Source: Candidatus Bathyarchaeota archaeon (GTDB taxonomy: Archaea > Thermoproteota > Bathyarchaeia > Bathyarchaeales > Bathycorpusculaceae). From it: a DNA stretch of 64,000 nt. The stretch is from the NCBI GenBank assembly GCA_963768425.1, contig CAVYHV010000029.1, positions 1-64,000 on the forward strand, written 5' to 3'. The position numbers and the translations under genes are program-made. Positions 31,853 through 41,979 of the stretch are shown piece by piece. The notes beneath the pieces were generated by a model, which ran no database searches, was not told where the DNA came from, and worked only from the letters and a program-made list of their open reading frames with translations. Position 1 is the stretch's first letter, and every line of letters starts with the position of its first letter.

Positions 31853-33777
31853 ATGGTAACTGAAAGTATAAACTGGATGGCAGGCGGCCCTCAAGGCAGC
31901 GGCGTCGACTCAGCTTCCACAATATTTGGAAGAGCATGCGGATACGGCGGCTTATGGGTTTTCGGCAGAAGAGAATACCACTCAAACATCAAAACCATGC
32001 ACAGCTACTTCCATCAACGGGTATCCAAAGAACCAACCTTAGCCAACATCAGCGACGTAAATTTGCTCGCAGCTTTCGACGCTGAAACAATCGTTAGGCA
32101 CGTCGGCGAAGTTGTGAATGAAGGTGGCATAATCGTTGATTCACGCGACATAGGCGTCAACGTCTTAACGGGAATACCCACGTTCTCAGAGGAATACAAA
32201 AGTCAAGTTCGCGCTTTCATGAAAGAAAACGGTGTCGGCGAAACCATAAACGATTTTTTGAACTATGCCAAAAAGAAAAACATTCAGGTCTATCCTGTTC
32301 CATACATGGATTTGCTTGCACAAATCGGCAAAGCAATCAACATTGAAAAAGTCAGCCAACTTTCAAGAATGATAAACGTTCTCACGATAGGAGTCTCATT
32401 TGCTTTTCTCAAATACGATAAAAAACTAGTTGAAGACGCAATCCGAGCCACCTTCCACGAAAAAATCGCTGACATGAACGTCACAGCAGTCGACTACGCC
32501 TACGATTACGCCGCAAAAAATTTCGATGTAAACCACTTCAAATACAAACTTGAGAAAATAGACGTTAATGAACCGAGGATTTTTCTGACGGGGAACCAAG
32601 CTGTCGCCATGGGCAAAGTGCTGGGCGGATGCAGAGTACAGACATATTATCCCATCACGCCTGCGGCTGATGAAAGCGAGTATTTAGAGGCACATGAAAT
32701 CCTAAAAACAAAAAAAGGCCAAGAAGCCATCATCGTAATTCAAACCGAAGATGAGATTGCAGCTGTGAATTCCGCTTCAGGCGCATGCTTAACAGGCGCG
32801 AGGGCAGCAACCAGCACGTCAGGTCCCGGATTTTGTCTCATGGCTGAAGGCTTAGGCTGGGCAGGAAGCAACGAAGTGCCCGTCGTCGTTACGTATTACC
32901 AGCGCGGAGGTCCCTCAACTGGACAACCAACACGGCACTGCCAGCAGGACCTACGGTTTGCAATGCATGCAGCTCACGGCGAATTTTCAAGAATTATCCT
33001 TGCGTCAGGAGACATAAGAGAATGTTTTTATGACGCTGCTGAAGTGTTCAATCTTGCCGAGAAATACCAGGTACCTGTTATCCATTTGCTTGACAAAGCC
33101 ATGGCCAACTGTTCCCAAACCTACCCTGTCTTCAATTACGGAAACGTTAAGGTAGACCGGGGCTTAATTGTCGGCGAAAAGGAGCTTGAAGGCAAAGAGT
33201 ACAAGCGGTTCAGATTCACTGAAACAGGAGTTTCCCCTCGGGCTTTTACGGAACAAAAAATGCTGTTCAATGGTGTACGGGAGACGAGCATAACGAGAGC
33301 GGAAACATAAACGAGGAACCTTTCATTCGAAGGCAAATGATGGATAAGCGAATGAAGAAGTTAGATTTGATCGATAAGGAAGTGCCGATTGATTTGAAAG
33401 TCAACTTTTTCGGGGATAAGGACTCAGAAAACGTCGTTGTAAGTTGGGGTTCACCTAAAGGTGCGATCATCGAATCGCTGAACCAACTAAAAGGAGAAGG
33501 CTTAAGCTTAGGTTATATCCAAGTCCGAATGATTCATCCGCTTCCCTCTGCCTATATCAAACAGATGCTTGAAGGAAAGAAACGAATAATCGACATAGAA
33601 GACAATTACACGGCGCAATTGGGCGGGATAATAACGGAGTGCACAACAATCAAACCCAACTTCTACATCCTCAAATACACGGGAAGACCAATGATGACAA
33701 CCGAAGTGTACGAAGCCCTGAAAATGATTCTAACAGACAAAGCCCCAGAAAGGCAGGTGCTTATGCTTGGCTCATAA
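31853..33777 (+). CDS. 2-oxoacid:ferredoxin oxidoreductase alpha subunit (gamma-alpha fusion), frameshift ~33245
   Basis: GGPQGSGV, YYPITPA, QTEDEIAA, TSTSGPG, QRGGPSTGQPT; GDEH appears after frame correction. Confidence 0.93.
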
Positions 33778-34729
33778 ACCGGCAGACTACAAAACCAGTG
33801 TCTACATGGACTGGTGTCCCGGCTGCGGAGACTTCGGAATCACAAGCGCAATGCAAATGGCCTTAGCCGACGTTAATCTTGAACCCCATAAAGTGGTCGT
33901 AGTTTCAGGGGTAGGCAACGCTGCCAAAGCGCCTCACTTCATAAAAGTCAACGGCGTTCACACACTCCATGGAAGACTGCTGCCCTTTGCAATGGGCATC
34001 AAAATCGCCAACCCCAATTTGGAGGTAATTGGCGTAGGAGGAGACGGCGATGGCTTAGGTATAGGCGCCGGACACTTCGTTAACGCGGGGAGAAGAAACA
34101 TAGACATGACCTACCTCCTATTCAACAACGGGGTTTACGGGTTGACAAAGGGGCAGGCTTCACCAACGCTTCCTCTAGGCGTCAAAACGAAGGCTCTTCC
34201 TAAGCCCAACATTAACCAAGCCGTTAACACAGTTTCCTTAGCCATTACTTCAGGCTACACCTTCGTGTCAAGGTCATACGCATTTGACGTCCTTCACCTG
34301 AAAAACATGATAAAGCAGGGAATTCAGCATAAGGGTTTGGCGCTAGTGGAGGTTTTGCAGCCTTGCCCCACCTATAATGACATTGATACCAAGGACTGGT
34401 ACGCGGGCGAAGATAGAAAAGACTCTGCAGGCAAGTCGCAGTCTAGGCTTTACAAGTTAGAAGACGAAGGCTTCGATCCTGTTGTACGCGATTGGAACGA
34501 GGACTTCAAGAAGAAAGTTGCGGGCATGGAAAAAGCTCACGAGTGGGGCGACAGAATCCCTATAGGTGTCTTTTACCAAAACCCGCTGGAACCCACTTAC
34601 CAGGACCGCATAATAAAACGAATCCCCTTCTACATTCAGAATCCGCCGGCTAAACAAAAGCTGAAAGATGAAAACGGAGACGCAACGGTCGATTTAAGTG
34701 AGTTTATGAATGACTTGAAAACGAGCTAA
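33767..34729 (+). CDS. 2-oxoacid:ferredoxin oxidoreductase beta subunit
   Basis: DWCPGCGDFG, HTLHGR, TPP-binding GGDGD...NNGVYGLTKGQASPT. Confidence 0.95.
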   Translation: MAHKPADYKTSVYMDWCPGCGDFGITSAMQMALADVNLEPHKVVVVSGVGNAAKAPHFIKVNGVHTLHGRLLPFAMGIKIANPNLEVIGVGGDGDGLGIGAGHFVNAGRRNIDMTYLLFNNGVYGLTKGQASPTLPLGVKTKALPKPNINQAVNTVSLAITSGYTFVSRSYAFDVLHLKNMIKQGIQHKGLALVEVLQPCPTYNDIDTKDWYAGEDRKDSAGKSQSRLYKLEDEGFDPVVRDWNEDFKKKVAGMEKAHEWGDRIPIGVFYQNPLEPTYQDRIIKRIPFYIQNPPAKQKLKDENGDATVDLSEFMNDLKTS

Positions 34730-35045
34730 TTTTTGCTTAAGGAAATGAGGTTTACAGAAGCCTTCTCCCTTTCTCCTCGATCCTTCTCCTCGCCTGTCCT
34801 CAAACAATCAACTGTTACAAAGCAATATAAACGGTATTGCTGCGCCCGATATATTCCAGTTATGGCTTATTTCGTTTGCTAAGGTAAAAGTAAGATATGT
34901 ATATCCATTTTTTTGATTGTTTTATCGCAAACTTTAACGTAACTATTATTTACTCGGAAATCGGTTTTTTTCCAAAACAAGGACTTTTTCTGGTTTTTGG
35001 GTTTGGAATTTTCTGTTTATTTTTCATGGAGTAGTCTTTCTGATT

Positions 35046-35103
35046 TCACGATATATTGCGAGATTAATGTTGAAACAACTTATATATGCGCTAACTATAG
35101 TGT
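35046..35103 (+). promoter_or_regulatory. Two NrdR-box-like sites flanking a TATA box (TTATATAT, 35080-35087)
   Basis: TCACGATATATTGCG (35046-35060) and, on the minus strand, ACACTATAGTTAGCG (35089-35103), compared with consensus acaCwAtATaTwGtg. Spacing ~42 bp. Confidence 0.65.
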
Positions 35104-35158
35104 GTTGTCAAGATCGTTAGCACTACCTATATATCAAACTATGAAAACTGTGTAAGAT

Positions 35159-35608
35159 ATGAGATGTCCATACTGCAACTCTGAAAACTCCAAAACTCTG
35201 GAAACACGTGAATCTCCAGAAAACACTACACGGAGACGAAGAGAATGCATCAACTGCGGAAAACGCTTCACAACTTACGAGTACGTTGAAACCGTCGAGC
35301 TCATGGTCAGAAAGAAAGACGACCGCCTTGAACGATTCGACGTTAACAAAATCATCCGTGGCTTACAGAAAGCATGCGAGAAAAGGCCAGTGACAATGAG
35401 CCAGATCAACGAGTTAGCAGAACAGGTAAGGCAGGATTTGATGCTTAAAAACACCGAAGAAGTCACGTCGCAGGAAATCGGCGATTTAATAATGAAGCAC
35501 CTAAAAAACGTCGACCGCATTGCGTACATTCGGTTTGCATCTGTTTACAAGCAGTTTGAAGAGCCTGAAGATTTCAGGCGGTTACTCCTTGAGGTGAAAA
35601 AACAATGA
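35159..35608 (+). CDS. nrdR: Transcriptional repressor NrdR
   Basis: MRCPYC...RRRRECINCGKRFTTYE, ATP-cone, AYIRFASVY. Confidence 0.97.
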   Translation: MRCPYCNSENSKTLETRESPENTTRRRRECINCGKRFTTYEYVETVELMVRKKDDRLERFDVNKIIRGLQKACEKRPVTMSQINELAEQVRQDLMLKNTEEVTSQEIGDLIMKHLKNVDRIAYIRFASVYKQFEEPEDFRRLLLEVKKQ

Positions 35609-37731
35609 AGTTCGTGTTAAAACGTGATAGTAAATTAGAACCCTTCGATCAAGAACGCATTACCATCGCCATTTGGAAAGCTGCGAAAGCATGTGGCGGC
35701 AGAGATAAAGAGCAGGCAAAACGCGTAAGCGAAGAAGTAGTCGCAGAACTCCAAAAAACCTACGGGGACGACGGGGTACCTACGGTTGAGGAAATCCAGG
35801 ATGTCGTTGAAAAGCGCTTGATCGAAAACGGGCACGCGCAAACGGCGAAAGCCTACATTTTGTATCGCAAACAGCACAGTGACATGCGTGAGTTAGCCGC
35901 GCTTCTGAGTTCCTCAGATATGGTTGACCAGTACCTTGAGGTTGAAGATTGGCGTGTTAAAGAGAACAGCAACATGAGCTATTCACTTCAGGGTTTAAAC
36001 AATTACTTGTCATCCACGGTTATAGCCAAATATTGGATATCGCGAATCTACCCAGAGAACATTGCTGACGCCCATTTTTCAGGCGACATGCACATTCATG
36101 ACTTAGGCGTTTTAGGCGCTTACTGCGTCGGCTGGGACGTAAGCGAGTTGTTGATGGCAGGGTTCGGAGGGGTCGCCGGCAAAATTGAGAGCAAACCAGC
36201 AAAACACTTCCGCACAGCGCTGGGTCAAGTAGTAAACTTTTTCTATACACTACAGGGTGAAGCTGCAGGCGCACAGGCTTTCAGCAACTTTGACACTTAC
36301 CTTGCACCGTTCATACGACATGACCATCTTAATCAGCAAGAGGTGCAGCAGGCGCTTCAGGAGTTCTTCTTCAACATGAACGTGCCGACTCGCGTGGGCT
36401 TCCAGACACCGTTCACCAATTTAACGTTGGATCTAGTTGTGCCAGACTTCATGAAGAACGAGGCTGTGCTGTTCAACGGTACAGTAACACAGGACACTTA
36501 CGGCGACATGACTAAGGAAATGGAAATGTTCAATTTAGCCTTCGCCGAAGTTATGCGTCAAGGCGACTCGAAAGGCAGAGTCTTCACTTTTCCAATCCCA
36601 ACGTACAACATAACGAAAGATTTTGATTGGGATTCGCCTGTGGCGCAAGCAATCTTCGAGGTTACCGCAAAGTACGGTGTCCCCTACTTCTCAAACTTCG
36701 TTAACAGCGATATGAAACCTGAGGACGTGCGGAGCATGTGTTGCCGCTTACGCATAGACAACCGTGAACTACGCAAGAGAGGAGGAGGCTTCTTCGGCGC
36801 CAACCCGTTAACAGGAAGCATCGGCGTCGTAACCCTAAACATCCCAAGAATTGGCTACTTGTCCAAAGATGAGGACGAATTCTTTGAACGCTTAGAAAAG
36901 CTGATGGAAACTGCTAAAGAAAGTTTGGAAATCAAACGCAAAGTGCTTGAAGCATTCACGGAGAACGGTTTGTACCCGTATTCCCGCCGTTACCTGCGGC
37001 ATGTGAAAGAAGGGTATGGCAAGTACTGGAAGAACCATTTCTCCACAATAGGCATAGTTGGAGTCAACGAAGCAATCATAAACCTGCTTGGACAAAACAT
37101 CGCCACGCGTGATGGACAAGCCTTCGCCGTTAAAATGTTAGATTTCATGCGCAACCGTCTGGCGGATTATCAAGAGGACACTGGCTGCATCTACAACCTT
37201 GAAGCAACCCCCGCCGAAGGCACATCTTACAGACTCGCTCGCATAGACAAGCGCCGATACAAAGACATCATTTTCGCTAACCAAAAACAGGTAGTAGCGG
37301 ACCATGCGGAACCATTCTACACGAACTCTTCGCAGTTACCTGTTGACTTTGCCGGCGACCTCTTCGAAGCCCTAGAACACCAGGAAACACTACAATCGCT
37401 CTACACCGGAGGCACAGTGTTTCACATTTTCCTAGGCGAGAGGCTTAACTCTTGGAAGGCTGCTGCCGAACTCATCAAAAAAGTCTCCTGGAACTCAAAG
37501 TTGCCCTACTTCACGTTAACGCCGACCTTTAGCGTTTGCCCAACACACGGCTACATAAGCGGCGAACACAAACAATGTCCAAATTGCCAAGCAAACTGCG
37601 AAGTTTACTCTCGAGTAGTCGGGTACCTTCGTCCAGTTGACCAATGGAACGATGGAAAACAGGCCGAGTTCGCAATGCGCAAGACTTTTGACCGATCAAC
37701 AATTATGGCTTCAGTTCCCCTGACAAGTTAA
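35605..37731 (+). CDS. nrdD: Anaerobic (class III) ribonucleoside-triphosphate reductase with ATP cone
   Basis: ATP cone VLKRD, HIHDL, SMCCRL, EATPAEG, zinc site, glycyl-radical motif YSRVVGYLRP. Confidence 0.97.
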   Translation: MKFVLKRDSKLEPFDQERITIAIWKAAKACGGRDKEQAKRVSEEVVAELQKTYGDDGVPTVEEIQDVVEKRLIENGHAQTAKAYILYRKQHSDMRELAALLSSSDMVDQYLEVEDWRVKENSNMSYSLQGLNNYLSSTVIAKYWISRIYPENIADAHFSGDMHIHDLGVLGAYCVGWDVSELLMAGFGGVAGKIESKPAKHFRTALGQVVNFFYTLQGEAAGAQAFSNFDTYLAPFIRHDHLNQQEVQQALQEFFFNMNVPTRVGFQTPFTNLTLDLVVPDFMKNEAVLFNGTVTQDTYGDMTKEMEMFNLAFAEVMRQGDSKGRVFTFPIPTYNITKDFDWDSPVAQAIFEVTAKYGVPYFSNFVNSDMKPEDVRSMCCRLRIDNRELRKRGGGFFGANPLTGSIGVVTLNIPRIGYLSKDEDEFFERLEKLMETAKESLEIKRKVLEAFTENGLYPYSRRYLRHVKEGYGKYWKNHFSTIGIVGVNEAIINLLGQNIATRDGQAFAVKMLDFMRNRLADYQEDTGCIYNLEATPAEGTSYRLARIDKRRYKDIIFANQKQVVADHAEPFYTNSSQLPVDFAGDLFEALEHQETLQSLYTGGTVFHIFLGERLNSWKAAAELIKKVSWNSKLPYFTLTPTFSVCPTHGYISGEHKQCPNCQANCEVYSRVVGYLRPVDQWNDGKQAEFAMRKTFDRSTIMASVPLTS

Positions 37732-37748
37732 AGAGGAATAAGCCAAAA

Positions 37749-38426
37749 ATGAAGTTTAGCGGACTGCAAAAGACAAGTCTAGTGGATTATCCAGATAGAG
37801 TAGCTAGCGTGCTTTTTACACCCGGCTGCAACCTCCGTTGTCCATTCTGCCATAACTGGCGCATAGCCGTTGATCCTCAACCTCCGTTTCTGCAGGAAGC
37901 TGCCGCACTAGAAATCTTGGAGAGCCGAAAAAGATACGTCGACGCCGTGGTAATAACTGGGGGCGAACCATGCATGCATAAGGAACTGCCCAAGTTTCTT
38001 GCTAAACTTAAGGAACGGGGCTTCGCAGTAAAGTTGGATACGAACGGGTTCTTCCCTGACATCCTTGAAGAATGCTTGGGAAACGTGGATTACGTGGCTA
38101 TGGATGTGAAGACTTGCAGAGAAAAATACAAGCTCCTCGGCGCACAAAACACAGATGGGCTTATGCGAACCATGGAAATCCTAAAGACGGGAAAGGTTCC
38201 TTACGAGTTTCGGACAACCGTGGTGCCGCAAATCGTCACCCAGCAAGACGCAACATGCATCGGCGAACTTGTGAAGGGCTCAAAAACTCACGTGCTCCAA
38301 CAATTCATTCCTGAAGACACGCTTGACAAAAAGTTCCAGTCACTCAAGCCTTACACGCCCGAAACAATCGGCGATTTCGCAGAGACAATATGCAAATACA
38401 CTGAAAACCTCCTGTTGCGGCTTTAA
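37749..38426 (+). CDS. nrdG: Class III RNR activating radical-SAM enzyme
   Basis: GCNLRCPFCHN, ITGGEP, KLDTNG; follows nrdD. Confidence 0.95.
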   Translation: MKFSGLQKTSLVDYPDRVASVLFTPGCNLRCPFCHNWRIAVDPQPPFLQEAAALEILESRKRYVDAVVITGGEPCMHKELPKFLAKLKERGFAVKLDTNGFFPDILEECLGNVDYVAMDVKTCREKYKLLGAQNTDGLMRTMEILKTGKVPYEFRTTVVPQIVTQQDATCIGELVKGSKTHVLQQFIPEDTLDKKFQSLKPYTPETIGDFAETICKYTENLLLRL

Positions 38427-38476
38427 GAATTTCACAGAATCCACAAATTTCTTGTGTTTTCTTTGCTTTCACGTAC

Positions 38477-38608
38477 TGGAAAATCCGGCATTTTTTGTTT
38501 GTGGTTTGGGTTGCTTTTTTGTGGAGAAGCTTGAATCATTTGAAGGTTGATACAATATTTGACAATATTTGACAAAAAACGACGATTTTTGACAAAATTT
38601 GACAATAG
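38477..38608 (+). repeat. Leader + 10-bp array, copy D: five GAC at 10-bp spacing
   Basis: The leader ends aggttgatac as in copies A and B. GAC at 38561, 38571, 38581, 38591 and 38601. Confidence 0.88.
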
Positions 38609-38957
38609 TAGAAATCAAAGGGATGAGAAAACCACATGCCGTTAACTCGAAAGGTAGCCTTTAGAGGCATCCGGAGAAGGGGAAAGAGTGCAACTAAAAA
38701 GAGTGTCCATTGCGTTTTGGGGTGCTCTCTTGGTTTAGAGCTTGAATAAGCCCTAAAAATCTCCATAAATCTCTTTTTTCCTCGAAAAACCAACAAGGAA
38801 GACAACAGAATAGGCCGTTAACCTCGTTCTTAACATGTTTTGACTTGTTGCTTCTTTTGTCTTATTGTGTCACTTAAGCGCAATATTCCAGATTTGGAAT
38901 ATCAAAGATATTACTGAAAACTATTAGAAACCACCTAAGAAAAGGAGACCAAAAATT

Positions 38958-39353
38958 GTGATGCTGTTCCCAAGAAACCTTGCAGAACTTGTAAAGAAAC
39001 CTATTTTTAGTTCGAAATGGATTTATTTTTCCTATGGTTTCTTGATTTTCTGGGAGCTCTTAGACGGTTTAACAACTAAGATTGGTTTTGATTTAGGTCT
39101 TACGGAAGTGGGAACTTACGCAAAAGGAGTGTTAAGCGTTTACGGTTTTTGGGGGTTGATGGCTTGGAAATACAGCATAGTAGCTTCTGTTGGTGTGATG
39201 TTTTTCTTAACATATTATTTAGTAAAGAAGTATGCTCCCACACGTTTGAACTCAGTATGTAAGATTATAACAGTCGGAGGCCTAATCGGAGGCATGGCTT
39301 CGGCTCAAGTTGTGCTCTCCAATATCTTACAGCTTCAACTTGTTCTGCATTAA
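38958..39353 (+). CDS. Small membrane protein
   Basis: Three TM helices with an LDGLTT.IG...GL.E motif. Confidence 0.65.
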   Translation: MMLFPRNLAELVKKPIFSSKWIYFSYGFLIFWELLDGLTTKIGFDLGLTEVGTYAKGVLSVYGFWGLMAWKYSIVASVGVMFFLTYYLVKKYAPTRLNSVCKIITVGGLIGGMASAQVVLSNILQLQLVLH

Positions 39354-39661
39354 CATAAAAAACCGTTCTGAAAGAACGTTTGCTTCAGCCAACAGCAGTG
39401 CGTATCCTAACATGACGTACAAATGAATATTCGGAAGATAACCACTATGATAATAATAGCGGTGTTGAAGTCAACCGCTCAGAGCCCTCTCGACACGGTA
39501 TTTGCTCTAATGGTTTGCATTTCCCCCTCTTTCTCCTTTTCCCGGGTTAAGGGGGCTCTGTGCTTCTAATTCAAATCTATTCTTTAGAAATCCTTACAAT
39601 TCAAAAATATTGAATTGGAACTGCCGAGAATTTCAGAGTTGAAATCTTCTCTTTTCATTGG

Positions 39662-40240
39662 TTACTTGTTCGATGCTTGTTTATCTGCAGGAGATGTTTG
39701 CGAAACAGGTGCAGCCGCTTCAAGGCTTGGCTGGTCTGGAGTCAGTTGTTTTTGGGTTTTATCTGACAATATTTGTATTTTCTCTGCCATCGGATGAAGA
39801 AGATCTGGAGGGGGATAAGGAGTGTTCAGGTTGGACGATAGAATGTAGATTGAATTGAAAACGTGCTGGTAAATTGTGAAGAGTATCTGAGGGATCTTTG
39901 TTTTGGGGTTTACTTCAAGTTTTTTCTTTATGTCATCAGGTTTACCAACTAAAGTTACAGTACCCGCAATATTGTATTTGACAACATTTGGTTTAGTTGA
40001 GATCGCCAAACTAAATGAAAGTGTTACTTCATTCGTACCTTTTTTCTGTTCTTCCAGCTTTGCGTTGACGTCAAAAAACAACTCGTCTTTTGAGAGGTAC
40101 TCCCCAGTTCGTTCAGCTTGTAGACTAGTGAGCTTTATTGAAACGATGACCCCTGAAACAGAATACTGTGGATTTACGTCTGATTCCTCTCTTACATCAT
40201 TCTCGTCATTTTAGTATTTAACTTTTGTATCTCAAACAAG
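39662..40240 (-). CDS. Hypothetical protein, possibly SecB-like fold (probable frameshift ~40210)
   Basis: Beta-rich N-terminal half, then helices ending in LNTPYPPP. The frame is open upstream of 40081 to ~40210. Confidence 0.5.
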
Positions 40241-40260
40241 ATTTAACATTAATGCGGGTT

Positions 40261-40839
40261 TTATTCTATTGGACTAAAGAATGCTGGCACGGAAAGCTCC
40301 CCCATGAAATTGAAGGTTTCGTTGCCCTTAGCATTCGGTTTCGGTTTTAATACTATTTTTTTCGGAATGTCATCTTCAAAGTAAACAACGTAATTAACAG
40401 TTGTTCCCAGTCCGAGCCGAGCGAGCTGTTGCACGGATGATTTGAATTTCTCGTTTTCTTGAATTTTCATGTTGATTTTTTCGATTGCTTCAAACAAGAT
40501 TTCGGTTTGTCCTTGTTCAGTAAATGAGATGTCAATGTCGCCTGATTGAACCCAACATGAGGCTTCTTCTTTGCCTTTTCCTTTTTTAGCTCCATTCTTT
40601 CCTTTATCCGTTTTTTCAGGTGGTTTCTTTGATTGACTACGCATGTTTTTTTGCAGGGCTGCTGATTTTTGGAACCATTCGTCATTTTTGTGTGATACTT
40701 CGAAGTCTCGCAATAGTGTCCCAAGCCATTGGCTATAATCTTCGAATGTTGCCCGGTATTGACTCGTTTGATTTGCTATGAATTCAGTCAATTCTTTTAG
40801 TGAGGTGAAAGTTTGAATTTCTGTTCCCATTTTTTCCAC
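40261..40839 (-). CDS. Hypothetical protein
   Basis: 192-aa ORF with a Lys-rich linker; co-oriented with the downstream gene. Confidence 0.7.
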   Translation of the reverse strand: MEKMGTEIQTFTSLKELTEFIANQTSQYRATFEDYSQWLGTLLRDFEVSHKNDEWFQKSAALQKNMRSQSKKPPEKTDKGKNGAKKGKGKEEASCWVQSGDIDISFTEQGQTEILFEAIEKINMKIQENEKFKSSVQQLARLGLGTTVNYVVYFEDDIPKKIVLKPKPNAKGNETFNFMGELSVPAFFSPIE

Positions 40840-41128
40840 TCAGTTTTCATAATTTTTATCAAACTGTTCCATTCAGACAATTACAAGGTCTAATTTTTGG
40901 GATAATAGGATTTGTCCATCGCAGAAATTACATACTCTTTTTAAAGTCGACATCTTGCAAATCTGCTTTCATTTTTAGGCGATTGATTGAAGATGGCTCG
41001 GCTGGCTTCATGACTATTTTCAGGAAAAAGCAATAATTGTTTTTATCCAAAATCTTTTATGTTATTGAACAGCATAGAAAGACTAACAGTGAAAGCTGGG
41101 CAAAAGTTAGTTGTGAGGTTGCTGAGGT

Positions 41129-41782
41129 TTGGGCGAAGATATGGACATTTTGATTCAGAGAGAGGAAGCCAAGCTTTTGCCTTTTTGCTCACGAATGGAA
41201 GAACTCAAAACAGAATTTATTATGGAAACGGCGGATTTTGCTTCTGAATGGTTCAAGAAAACTGCGAACGAATACGTTACCAAATATCCTGAAGTTACTT
41301 TAACCATGAGTGAAGAAAAACTAGCCAATATGAAAACTAAAGTTAATGAATTAATTGGAAACTCGGAAAAAATAGTGAAAAGTGAGTTAGAAAATCCCGA
41401 TTTATGGTGGCACCAAAAGCCGCATCTTCATGACTCAATCGAGCAATACACGCAAGTAGCAGACAAATACCCTGAAATCCTTGATCGGGCCGTAAGACAT
41501 GCGCTAGGAAATCTGGGTACCGTTTTGGAGGAATTTAGATTCCACGTTATCGCGAGCGGAAACACAGGTTCATATCAAGAATTCTGGTTTGAACATCCGC
41601 AGGATAGTGACAAAACAATTCCAATCTATCCCCATCTTCTTGAATGGACAGAAGAGATGCAAGACACAATCAGAAAATACAATGCCCAATTCGTTCAAGC
41701 AATGAAGTTGTATGATGAAATACAAAAGCTCAAAGACCAGAAGAAGAGGCTACAAGCCATGGCGCGCTGGGAATCCGTTTAG
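41129..41782 (+). CDS. Hypothetical helical protein
   Basis: 217-aa ORF; TTG start after GAGGT. Confidence 0.7.
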   Translation: MGEDMDILIQREEAKLLPFCSRMEELKTEFIMETADFASEWFKKTANEYVTKYPEVTLTMSEEKLANMKTKVNELIGNSEKIVKSELENPDLWWHQKPHLHDSIEQYTQVADKYPEILDRAVRHALGNLGTVLEEFRFHVIASGNTGSYQEFWFEHPQDSDKTIPIYPHLLEWTEEMQDTIRKYNAQFVQAMKLYDEIQKLKDQKKRLQAMARWESV

Positions 41783-41979
41783 AACAACTATTCCTTAAAC
41801 TTGAAATATTCTAAACTTAATTTCTTAAGTTAAAACGGTTCTTTGACAAATTTCATTAAACTTTGCAGCTCCAGTATTATTTGGAACAAAAAATACCCGA
41901 GAACCTGTTGGAAGGAGGCAACAAAAATCAAGGATATCAAAAACCTTTTTTTAGAAAGAAAGATATCGTCTGTTTATCG

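Noticed and set aside
38536-38805. ORF ending in CQILS repeats
   Set aside because: It is a translation of the non-coding 10-bp array; other copies of the array contain stops.
38883-38902. Palindrome ATATTCCA-N4-TGGAATAT upstream of a membrane-protein gene
   Set aside because: It could be an operator, but it occurs once and has no linked regulator, so support is insufficient.
39380-39520. Small minus-strand ORF with a good RBS and an in-frame TGA (possible selenocysteine)
   Set aside because: There is no redox motif or SECIS evidence, and the downstream frame is ambiguous.
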